Source: Macrostomum lignano (Eukaryota). From it: a stretch of DNA of 64,000 nucleotides. The stretch spans positions 36,072-100,071 of the forward strand of contig NIVC01002852.1 in the NCBI GenBank assembly GCA_002269645.1, in the 5' to 3' direction. The notes beneath the pieces are model-generated. The model worked only from the letters and a program-made list of their open reading frames with translations. It was not told the DNA's origin and did no database searches. Each line of letters opens with the position of its first letter. Position 1 is the stretch's first letter. Below, one piece after another: positions 23,078 through 53,854 of this stretch. The translations under genes and the position numbers were made by a program.

Positions 23078-26000
23078 TTTCAGACGGTTTTGGGTGGCGA
23101 ACTGCTGCTCAAAGTAAGCCGACCAGATCGTCTCTGCTTGACTCCTTTTTATCTCATTCTAAAAAGTTGAGTTAAAGAGGCTTTGAGCCGCATGGGGATG
23201 CTGCAGCAGTCACTGTAGCGGAACGGCACTGCGTTCTAAAGCGAGCTCCCGGGGAACAATGTGCGAAAGACAAAAGCCAGGAGCTGCTACAGATTCCAAG
23301 TAGTTTCGGAGAAGCTAGAAAAAAACTGACAATTGAAAGGCGAGAAAGGCAAGCCAAACTCAGCAGAGAGGCTCTAACTGGCAGGGACTGCAGCAGTCCC
23401 CTGTTTTAAGTAGCTTGTTTAAATCCGCAGCAGGTTCCCCCCCCCCCGGCAATCCAAGGAGAAGAGGTGGAGAGTAGGAGCCTGTGCTCCAACATTAGAA
23501 GTGAGCTGGGTCCTTTGCCTGTGAGCCATTATGGCTTGAGATCAACAAACGCGAGGAGTGAGGAGTTGGGTTTAGCGCCGCACAAGGCATATCCTAGGGT
23601 ATTCTTAGGGTATTCGCTTACCCATCTCGCCTCCCCATTGTTTAATTGATTTTTTGTTTTCCACAAAGCTATTTAGAATCTTAGTTTGCATGGCGCATGA
23701 AAATTCTTCAACAATAATCAGCCCATGAGATGCTAGATTTTACAGGCGACTTAACGCTTCGTCACGTCAAACGTCAAATATTGTTTACTACTAAGTACGA
23801 CACTACTGTAAGTAGGAAATTAAGGGAAATCCGACGGAATTCATGTGTGGAGAATATTTGGAGAAAATTATTAAATCAATTGTTAAGCATTCCTCGTTAA
23901 AGTTGTTGGACTTTTTTGATGATCTGTGTAGATTTTGGTCGGGAAAATACAAGTTTGAAGAAATAATTCAAGGCACATGCGTCTTATGCAGTGAATTTTC
24001 AATTAATAATTTCATTTGACAAGCGTGTCACGCCTATTACACATGAGAACCCATTTAGCAAAATGATTTTATTGCTTTCAAATTTAATGATACAGATGGC
24101 TGATTTATGGCTCAAATCGATAAAAACTGTTGTTCACACAAATGCAGATGCAGATATACAAATGCATGGCAATATAGCTGTCATTTAATGACATGCTGTG
24201 CGCTCAATTCCGAATGTACATGCATGGATTCCGCTAGCACTTCGCTAAGCGATTTGAGCGAGCTCCAGCGTGTGAATCCAATTATGCTGGACTCGGGAGG
24301 CATCCATTTAGCAAAGAGGTTTGCTAAACGGCTGTAGCGGAATATCTATAAAGAGATCTCATTTCAGCCCGAGACGGCCGTGCACTCTACACATGTGTAT
24401 ACATATGCATAGCCATGTATTACAGCACAGTTGTTGGCAATGACTCAGCCGAATGGGAAGGGGTCAGTCGCAGGAGCGGCCGATACGCAGCTTACATGTA
24501 TGTAAGGCTTGCGTTCCTTTGAATAAATTGCATCACACAGCCTTGGCCAGAAAGATATGGCCAGTTCTTATCTTATTCTTTTCCTCAGTTCTCATGCGCC
24601 GCCCACCCAAGGCTCGCTCCCATAATTATTATTATGCATTCAGTCCGGCCCGGCCTGTGTGCACAATGTCATGTCCCAGACCCGGCAGGGCAGCGATCCC
24701 AAAGCCACAAAAAGCAATTACTTTTTTCTCTAGCCAGTCTTCTTTTTGTGACCCTGAAAGCAAAATCTTGAGGCGGGCCTGACGGGTTGGCGACAATTTC
24801 TTGACCTCTTCTACAAGAGGAGGAGCAGAAGACGCCAGAGCGACTTAAGTTCTTAAATCTGTGTTTGCAGGACAGAAAGCCAGATGTTGCAAGATTTTGT
24901 GCTGCGGTCTGCGCCAAGAAATGCTTGCCGAGTGCCGCTATAGTGGCCTGAGAGATCTCAGCCGACTGCAATTGCTGGTAATTGGTCCACAAATGAGAGC
25001 AGCAACAGCGTGCATTCAGTTACATTCGGCTGTAATTGTCTGGAATTGCTTCTGGCGTGAGTACGAGCTCGGCTTTAGGAAATAGTTTGTCGCCTATGTT
25101 AGGTCGCCAACCGTAAGCTCGTAGTTTTAGATTTTTGAACCCGATTTTCTATAACTTTAAATACCTTCAGTAGACTCAGCTGTATGGAGGCTCTGCCCTG
25201 CAACTTCACCAACTGATTAGAGAGCTGAGGAAATGACAGTTGACGAGTCGGGAAGAAATGCCAACGCAAAGATTAGTTGGTTGTGTTTTCGTTTGCTTTA
25301 GCAAAGAAATGCCTTAATACGCATTCACTTTCAGTCTATGATTGGTATTGATGACGCATTTATTTATCCTAGATAATTGGTAGCAGCTACACTCTCGCAC
25401 GGACAGCCGGGGTGTTCAGGTGGGCAGCTGGGCTGCTGCTGCAGCTGCTGTTGTTCGTCTGAGTGTTCTAAGATGAACGGCAAATGGCTGCTTTGGAGGG
25501 AAGCTAGCGATGCATCATCATCATTTACCTGAGCCTGCCGTCGCGGGGAGGCTGGGCTGGGGGGGAAGAAAAGAAGAAATTATTGGGAAAGTGGAGACTG
25601 TAAAAAGATTTACGTTGCCGGGGGCTGCTTGCTTGGGGAGAGGGCAGGCAGGGCCAGTGGGAGCCTTGGATAAACTGACGGTGGCACTGCAATCCGCAAA
25701 TTTGCCGCGACCGCGGCCGCCAATCACGCCGGGGATTTGTGCGCCGCGCTTCAAGAGCTACCTGGGCAGTCGGAGGGTGGCCGGGGGCTCCCTCAGACAG
25801 GCTGGCGCACCGGGTGACATTTGCTATGCGGAACCGCTGCTCTTATCAGCGGCATCGGGTGCTGCGGAATGATGCAGGTCTATAAATATCTGCAGCCTGA
25901 AATCAGCGCTGAGGCTTAGTCACTCGCTTATTACCGAGACGGCTGAACGGCTCCCTGAAGTTTGCAACAATGTCTGCTTCCGGGATGCCGGGAGGAGCGG

Positions 26001-26380
26001 GTGATGGAGCCGAGCGGCTGGTTGGGATTCTATGAGCGTATGAAAGCAGCCCGTGCGGAATACAATAGCTGCTCTGCTGGGACAAAGGAAAGTTGTTAAT
26101 CCTCATTGAAGCGGATCAAGGAGGCAGCGCTAAGCCGTCATGCGGCAGTCTGTTCATCCGCACTTGTCTCTGTCTGGGGAGCAATTACCCGCAGACAAGA
26201 GGCTGAGCGGGGGGCTGCGGTGCAAAAAACGAAAGCATGATGAGTTGAAAAAAAGCGACACGATGATTAAGGGCTTTGAGAAACAAAGACGAAAATTAAT
26301 CAGCACTAATTCTCGCTTCTGTACCAAATCCGTCACAATCCGCACAGTCACCTGAGCCCAATATGGATGATTCACGCTGT

Positions 26381-27452
26381 AGCAGGGATTGGAGCGTGAG
26401 CAGGGAGAGGAGCGTGAGCAGGGATTGTAGCGTGAGCAGGGATAAGAGCGTGACAGGGATAGGAGTGTGAGCAGGGATGGGAGCGTGAGCAGGGAGAGGA
26501 GCGTGAGCAGAGATTGGAGCATGAGCAGGGATTGGAGCATGAGCAGGGATTGGAGCATGAGCAGGGATTGGAGCATGATCAGGGATTGGAGCATGAGCAG
26601 GGAGAGGAGCGTGAGCAGGGATAAGAGCGTGACAGGGATAGGAGTGTGAGCAGGGATGGGAGCGTGAGCAGGGAGAGGGGCGTGAGCAGAGATTGGAGCA
26701 TGAGCAGGGATTGGAGCATGAGCAGGGAGAGGAGCGTGAGCAGGGATTGGAGCATGAGCAGGGATTGGAGCATGAGCAGGGATTGGAGCATGAGCAGGGA
26801 TTGGAGCATGAGCAGGGATTGGAGCATGAGCAGGGATTGGAGCATGAGCAGGGATTGGAGCATGAGCAGGGATTGGAGCATGAGCAGGGATTGGAGCGTG
26901 AGCAGAGATTGGAGCATGAGCATGGATTGGAGCATGAGCAGAGATTGGAGCATGATCAGGGATTGGAGCATGAGCATGGATTGGAGCGTGAGCAGAGATT
27001 GGAGCATGAGCAGGGATTGGAGCATGAGCAGGGATTGGAGCATGAGCAGGGATTGGAGCATGAGCAGGGATTGGAGCATGAGCAGGGATTGGAGCATGAG
27101 CAGGGAGAGGAGCGTGAGCAGGGATAAGAGCGTGACAGGGATTGGAGCGTGAGCAGGGAGAGGAGCGTGAGCAGAGATTGGAGCACGAGCAGGGATTGGA
27201 GCATGAGCAGAGATTGGAGCACGAGCAGGGATTGGAGCATGATCAGGGATTGGAGCATGAGCAGGGATAGGAGCATGAGCAGGGATTGGAGCATGAGCAG
27301 GGATTGGAGCATGAGCAGGGATTGGAGCATGAGCAGGGATTGGAGCATGAGCAGGGATTGGAGCATGAGCAGGGATTGGAGCATGAGCAGGGATTGGAGC
27401 ATGAGCAGGGATTGGAGCATGAGCAGGGATTGGCGCATGAGCAGGGATTGGA
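26381..27452. repeat. 18-bp minisatellite (gagcatgagcagggattg)n, ~59 copies with higher-order blocks
   Basis: Tandem units, with variant blocks (gataagagcgtgacaggga) recurring near 26440, 26620 and 27120. Confidence 0.95.
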
Positions 27453-28588
27453 ACATGGGAGAGATCAGGAACTAGGAATAGGAATAGAAGCATGGGAGAC
27501 GCAACGAACACACGAGGGTAAGAATGTAAATCGAATAGGAAAACTTTTTCAAGATAAAGTGACAGTTTTTCAAAGCTGTAAAGCTCCGTGTAAGCTTGGT
27601 CCAAATGACACCGTGGGGACCGGCAAGCGGTTTCTGATAGAGCAAACAATGAATGAGATCTCATAAGCGGACACGCAGTTCGCGTCCACATGCAGCTCCC
27701 TGCCTTTGTTAGCTCGCTAATTGTAGTTTATTTCGCTCGACCGCGGTGCAAAACTTTGGCCTTTGTTTATAGACTCTCTCTGACTCACGCCCTGAAAGAT
27801 TGCAGCTTAAAATAGCAGAGCGGCCCCCAGCCACGCGTTGCCCCGCCGGGGCAATATAACAGCAGCACAAACATTTGCTTATTTGCTTGCATGTGTAACT
27901 CGCACCCCGAAGGTACCAGGCTTCCATGCCCTCTTTAGCACTGATATCCCGAGGTCAAGAGAAGGAGAGAACTGAGAGGGGGCAGTTTTACAACCACACA
28001 TAATTCACCCTTTGGGCCCGGGCTGGGGGCTCAGTCATTCGCGCTGTTCTCATTCGCTTCTATTCACGCGACGCGGACTGCACCGAGCCTCAACCAGGCC
28101 CATCGTGTCCAGCCAATGGCAGTGGGGCAGCCGCCAGACTGCGTCTGAGTGGGTGTGGGCAGCCTGAGGGAGTCCCAGGCGCCAGAGCGGCTGCGGGAAG
28201 CTTTGGGGGGGGGGTAAAAATCCTGAAAGGAGGGTTGGGGAGGGGAGGCAGAGGCGAGGGAACCCCCGGGTTATAAGGCGGAGACGCAGTGGAGCCGGGG
28301 GCAGCTCTTTCCCCTCTACAAGCCAGATCCACTAGACACACGTGCGTAAACACGTCACTGCCCTCTACTCCTTGTCTTTCTTCCCGGCTCCCTCTTCTGT
28401 GCTGTCTTTGTGAGGCCTGGAAGGCTTGTTATTTTTGCACCTGCCTCTAGTCATGGACAGACTCCTCTCTTAATAAGGAGGGGGAGAGAGGCCTCTGTTA
28501 ACTCAGCTCTGATCTCACCGCCTGCCAGCAGCAGAAAGGAATTCGTTCGAGTTTGCTTATGCCTCGTCTTCCTTCCCGGACGTCTTAC

Positions 28589-44977
<16,389 letters not shown>

Positions 44978-45099
44978 CCGCCACTAACGGGAATCAGAGA
45001 TGACCTGCTTCCATGCTCAAGTGAGTCAGGGTGTCAGTTTGACCGTCAGGAAAGCAGCAAGATAGTGTCAGACAATGTCGCATACACTGTAAGGATATC

Positions 45100-45452
45100 A
45101 GACTGTCAGGATGTCAGACTGTCAGGATGTCAGACTGTAAGGATGTCAGACTGTCAGGATGTCAGCCTGTCAGGATGTCAGACTGTCATGATGTCAGAAT
45201 GTCAGGATGTCAGACTGTCAGGATGTCAGACTGTTAGGATGTCAGACTGTCAGGATGTCAGACTGTCAGGATGTCAGACTGTCAGGATGTCAGACTGTCA
45301 GGATGTCAGACTGTCAGGATGTCAGACTGTCAGGATGTCAGACTGTCAAGATGTCAGACTGTCAGGATGTCAGACTGTCAGGATGTCAGACTGTCAGGAC
45401 GTAAGATTGTCAGGATGTCAGACTGTCAGGACGTAAGATTGTCAGAATGTCA
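45100..45452. repeat. 16-bp minisatellite (gtcaggatgtcagact)n
   Basis: About 350 bp here versus ~830 bp in the duplicate at ~61586-62418. Confidence 0.95.
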
Positions 45453-45513
45453 GCTAGCCTGTAAGAACCTGTCTCTGCACTTTCAATTTCAGATCAGTCC
45501 GAGTTCAGGAACT

Positions 45514-46614
45514 TCAGAGTTTCGCCCAGAGCACCAGCGAGTTGCTCACGCACCGAGCCGGCCACGGTTTTCCCTCTCCTGTGCAAAAAACTCAAAGAAG
45601 GAATTTGTGATGTGTTTATCGCAGCATTAACTTCATATTTTTAAATAATCGTCTCAACTAAAGTGTCAGATCCCGTTTTTTAACCGCCTGACTGCAGGTT
45701 GCCATTGCTGCCAGGTCTGGATAATAATATTAGCAAAACTTTTTCTTTGTCTTGATGAAGAATCCTGCAATGTACAAAGACTGTTTCTGTACAGGTGAAG
45801 CCACTGATTCTGCACATCTGAAGGTTAGTTTGTACTTTTAATGTACTTAGCGATGCTCACTTGGATGACACTGCATGCTTTGCTCAGAACGGAGAAGCTC
45901 TTGTAAAGCAGCGTTTGAATTTTGTAATATACACGCTATAAACACTACTGAGAGAGTAGAAAAAAACGTTTTTTTGACAAAAATAAAAATTGATCCTGCA
46001 GTCACCAAAGTTTTTTATTATAAATGACTGAGCTTGAAGTTCTCGCTGGCAACAGAGTGCTCGAAGAACACAGGGCGGGCATGTGAGTTCAGTGATGAGG
46101 CAAATAACTGAGCAAATGTCCACAACCGGTAAATGGGAGAGATGTTATAACTTTTTGACCCTATTCTGCGAGGGTCAACATGGGTCAGACAGTGTAGGTC
46201 AGATGGTGTGGGCCAGACACTGTGGGTCAGACACTGTTCGTCAGGCAGTGTGGGTCAGACAGTGTGGGTCAGGCAGTGTGGGTCAGACGGTGTGGGTCAG
46301 ACAGTGTGGGTCAGACACTGTGCGTCAGGCAGTGTGGGTCAGACACTGTGGGTCAGACAGTGTAGGTCAGATGGTGTGGGTCAGACACTGTGGGTCAGGC
46401 AGTGTGGGTCAGAAAGTGCAGGTCAAACGGTGTGGGTCAGACAGTGTGGGTCAGACAGTGTGGGTCAGACCGTATGGGTCCACGGCGGCTGGGCTGGGCT
46501 CCGCGTACCCGCACAGTCCCTGCCGGTGCGGAGCCGCCCTCCACGACCGGCCGGGCAGTTGGACGGTGAAGTTGAAGTCCTCGGACAGCTGACGCAGGTG
46601 GCAGCCGAAGCGAC
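45514..46614 (-). CDS. Candidate 3' exons of an unidentified minus-strand gene
   Basis: Symmetrical phase-1 exon 46614-46471 (GRFGCHLRQLSEDFNFTVQLPGRSWRAAPHRQGLCGYAEPSPAAVDPY) with cag/gt boundaries. It joins in frame to a terminal exon 45578-45514 (GEGKPWPARCVSNSLVLWAKL*). GC-rich and exon-like, but I recognise no family. Confidence 0.3.
46180..46470. repeat. 14-bp minisatellite (gtgtgggtcagaca)n
   Basis: Degenerate tandem units, reproduced essentially unchanged at ~63147-63437. Confidence 0.9.
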
Positions 46615-46889
46615 CTGTCCAGGGGGTGGAATCGAATTTTTGGCGTGCAATTTGCTTCTACTGCCACTGTTAGTAGGCTTATGCGAATATGTTTAAGGAG
46701 CTGTTTTACACTGACACCAATCACCAATATCTACAAAGATATTCACGTGGCCCTTGCGCAAACATTCGCCCGAGCATTCACGGGTGTGAGTTCCCGTGTT
46801 CGACTCAGCACACACGGCCATATTGCATGGCACTTGTCGAGCATTCACGCTAGCCAGTGTGTACACCGCTTGATAGAAAATAAGGTCAG

Positions 46890-47410
46890 TGGATTCAGTG
46901 GGTCAGTGGCAGAGTCAGTGGGTAAGTTGCCTCAGTAGGCCAGTGGGTCAGTGGGTCAGTGGTTTCAGTGGGTCAGTGGTTTCAGTGGGTCAGTGGTGTC
47001 AGTGGTTTCAGTGGGTCAGTGGTGTCAGTGGGTCAATGGTGTCAGTGGGTAAGTGGTGTCAGTAGGTCAGTGGTGTCAGTATGTCCGTGGTGTCAGTGGG
47101 TCCCTGGTGTCAGTCCCTGGTGATGAGTGCTGTCCCTGGGAGTGATGTCCCTGGTGTCAGTGGGTCTGTAACGTCAGTTGGCCAGTGGTGTCAGTGGGTC
47201 AGTGGTGTCAGTGGTGTTAGTGGATCAATGAGCCAGTGGTGTCAGTAGGCCAGTGGGTCAGTAGGCCAATGGTATCAGTAGGTCAGTGGTGTCAGTAGGT
47301 CAGTGGTGTCGGCAGACCAGTGGGTCAGTGCGTCAGTGGGGTCAGTAGACCAGTGGGTCAGTCGAGTCAGTGGGGTCAGTAGACCAGTGGGTCAGTCGAG
47401 TCAGTGGGGT
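46890..47410. repeat. 9-bp degenerate minisatellite (gtcagtgg(g/t))n
   Basis: Reiterated gtcagtgg words. Confidence 0.85.
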
Positions 47411-48184
47411 CAAGTGGGCCAGCATCCAGCAGCCGGTAGGTCAGGTGGTCGCGCGGCACCGGCCGATGAGGAACGGCCGCTGGTCCAGGGTTGCCTGCAG
47501 CGTCGCTTTGTGTGTGTGTTGCGGACGGCTGGGGGCTCGAACTTGCGACCATGTTGGCTTATCCTAGATAGATAGATCAGATTAGTAAGTAGAAGTCAAT
47601 GTCGAAAAATAGGCCCCGAACCCGAGCCCTGACGTTCTGATATTATCGAGGAATTTTTTAGATTAGGATTTATTATCGAGGAGAGCTTTTCTCCGCCTAT
47701 GTTGACGAACAGTTTCGGAAACGAGTCTGAAGTGTCTTCCAGGTCTTCCGTGTTCCCTGAACAGCTATTTACGAGTAGCTTCGAACTCATGGGTATGCGA
47801 GAGCAACTCAAGCTTGAACATTCATGCTGACCGATCATCAAGTCTGTAGAGTTGCACCTGATTTACAGCATAATTTGCAATTTTCACAGAACATCCGAAA
47901 TTATGTACACATAAAATCCGCCTGAATTTTTTAAATCTAAATTCTTTTCAGTTCAAGAGTGGCAGCTCCCAAACCCAACAACTCATCCAAATCAGAAGCA
48001 AATTTGTCCCATTTTCTGGGACCAAATTCCCAAACAGTATTTCTCCGCAGGTGGATTGCTCAGCTGGGTCCCCTCATCTGCTTGCTTAAATCAGCTCTGA
48101 GACCTGACAAGTGTGACAGAGTTTGAGTCTGAAAATTTATTGGTGACGTATCTTTTTGGCTCAAAACATGCAGCAGATTTAACC

Positions 48185-48585
48185 GCAGAGATAAACACGG
48201 GCTTAAAATATCTAAAATTTCTGAAAACACAGCTCTTCACCACACAGATAAACACGGGCTTAAAATATCAGGCATTTCTAAAAAATAGCGATTAACCACA
48301 CAGATAAACACGGGCTTAAAATATCAAACATTTCTAAAAAACAACGCTTAACCACAGAGATAAACACGGGCTTAAAATATCAAACATTTCTAAAAAACAA
48401 CGCTTAACCACAGAGATAAACACGGGCTTAAAATATCAAACATTTCTAAAAAACAACGCTTAACCACAGAGATAAACACGGGCTTAAAATATCAAACATT
48501 TCTAAAAAACAACGCTTAACCACAGAGATAAAGGCTTAGAATATAAAAAATCTCTGAAAACACAGCGCTTAACCACAGAGTTAAC
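48185..48585. repeat. 56-bp AT-rich tandem repeat, ~7 copies
   Basis: Unit accacagagataaacacgggcttaaaatatcaaacatttctaaaaaacaacgctta, with degenerate outer copies. Confidence 0.9.
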
Positions 48586-48624
48586 TAAAGCAAACAAGGC
48601 TCCCTGCAGCAGGTTATGCAGTCC

Positions 48625-48982
48625 CCGATTCTCATGTGCTCGATTCTCAAGTCCCCAATTCTCATGTGCCCGATTTGCATGTACCCGATTCTCATGTGCC
48701 CGATTCTCAAGTCACCAATTCTCATGTGCCCGATTCTCAAGTCGCCAATTCTCATGTGCCCGATTCTGATGTGCCTGATTCTCATGTGCCCGATTCGCAT
48801 GTGCCCGATTCTCATGTGCCCGATTCTCAAGTCGCCAATTCTCATGTGCCCGATTCTGATGTGCCTGATTCTCATGTGCCCGATTCGCATGTGCCCGATT
48901 CTCATGTGCCTGATTCTCATGTGCCTGATTCGCATGTGCCCGATTCTCAAGTCCCCAATTCTCATGTGCCCGATTCTCATGT
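48625..48982. repeat. 15-bp minisatellite (cccgattctcatgtg)n, ~24 copies
   Basis: Abuts the stop codon of WSC paralog B at 48991. Confidence 0.93.
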
Positions 48983-48990
48983 CCGGAGCC

Positions 48991-49694
48991 TCAGATGCCA
49001 ACGAGGAATTCCCCAGCCACGGTCTCCAGCTCGTGCGGCAGAACGGCGAATTTCAGCAGGTGGCAGGCGTCCAGGTGAAACAGCACGGCCTGGCAGTTGA
49101 CAACGCATTGAACCAGACAGTCAGCCAGGCTCCTGACGGGCTGCACGGTGCGGTACATCGGCCCGGCAGAGGTCAGGTTCAGGTAGACCCGGTCAGCAGA
49201 GTTGAAACGCTTGGCAACTGAAAGAAAGATAAGCGAGAAAAATCCTGGAAAGGCTTTAGCCACTAGAGAAGACACTCAGCTGGGTTGCACTTGCCTGGGT
49301 GAGAGCGGGCCAGACGGTACACGGAATTTCGATGAGCGCCTCCGCAGATTTGCGAGGCGTTGCCACGGCAGTTCATGTTGCAGTCGCTACCGGGTGCAGA
49401 GCCATACCTGCCGTACAAGTTGCTGCAGAAGCATGTTTCTGCATACTGAGTTCCAAAGTAGTGAAAGTTGCCGTAGCTGCAGACTTTGTCGCACAGCCCC
49501 AGAGTCATCGAGCTGGATGGCACAAGCAAACCCTGCACTGAGTAGGGCCCGATGGTGGAGTGTCCTGCCAGGCCGTCAAGGTCCCTGGGGTCACTGTCTG
49601 CAAAGCAGCCCATGAAAGTGAACTCAGTGGTGGCCAGCGAGTAGCCGAAGGCGATGCAGCAACAGAGAAGCGGCAGAATTGATGAGGCCTGCAT
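48991..49694 (-). CDS. Secreted WSC-domain + PAN/apple-like protein, paralog B (208 aa, 2 exons)
   Basis: Exons 49694-49295 and 49217-48991, with a phase-1 intron whose donor reads CAG|GCAAGT. Signal peptide MQASSILPLLCCCIAFGYSLA. WSC motif FMGCFADSDPRDL...MTLGLCDKVC..GNFHYFGTQYAETCFCSN...CNMNCRGNASQICGGAHRNSVY. The second exon has DCLVQCVVNCQAVLFHLDACHLL. Confidence 0.85.
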
Positions 49695-50281
49695 TGTCAG
49701 CGCTTTGAAATGTTTTTCTATTGAGAGAGGCTTCTGCCTCCGCAAGCTGCTTTATGCATTTTGCCAAACCATAGTTTGAGGACGTGGGCGTTGCGACAGC
49801 TACATGGAGGGGATGCGACACGCGCGGGCTCATCGTGTACGAGACAGATGGCATAACTGGGCCCAAGGACTCATGCCTGCAAGTTCTCACTGAAACAATA
49901 AAGCATATTGCAGCCCTGATAAGCCCATATCCAATTGTGTCCACTAACGTGTGCAGTCCGTTTCAGTTGAAGAGCCTGGGGTGAGATGGGTGAGCTGTTT
50001 TGCCTAGTAACGGAAGCAGTTGAAAATAATTTTTCCTCTGGGGATGAAAACCTTGTTAAGCTACGCAACTCAGCCCCGCCGTAGCCGAAAACTAAAAGCC
50101 AGCGAGCGGTTCCCGTCATCCTAGAAATAATAGCGAAGTTTCCTAGAGCTGCAGTTTTCAGGTCGCAAGTTGCATTTCCAAATGCGCCCAGCACATTTGG
50201 TCGCAGAGTAGATATAAGCGTTCGGAAATGAGTTCACAGACAATCTCATAGAGCAAATGAAACAGATTCAGTTAGAAAATA

Positions 50282-50286
50282 CAGAC

Positions 50287-50325
<39 letters not shown>

Positions 50326-50390
50326 CACAAACAGACAGACAGACAGACAGACAGGCAGACAGACAGATAGACAGACAGACAGACAGACAC

Positions 50391-50425
<35 letters not shown>

Positions 50426-50426
50426 C

Positions 50427-50457
<31 letters not shown>

Positions 50458-50518
50458 CACAAACAGACAGACAGACAGACAGGCAGACAGACAGATAGAC
50501 AGACAGACAGACAGACAC

Positions 50519-50580
<62 letters not shown>
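50282..50580. repeat. Degenerate (GACA)n microsatellite
   Basis: Tetranucleotide array with CACA/AACA/GGCA/GATA variants. Confidence 0.95.
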
Positions 50581-50582
<2 letters not shown>

Positions 50583-50770
50583 CTAATGTGACAGGCAAAA
50601 TAATGATACTGCATGGTCCCTAATGATGAAAAGGAGCTGCTGTAATTCATGGTAAAGAGATGCTGGTCGCTCATGATGAAGGGGAGATGCTGATCACAGC
50701 CCCAAAACAAATGAAAAAAGCAAGGCACAAAAAACTTGTCTGTCGGATTTTACAAAATCAAAGTTCCTTT

Positions 50771-53854
<3,084 letters not shown>

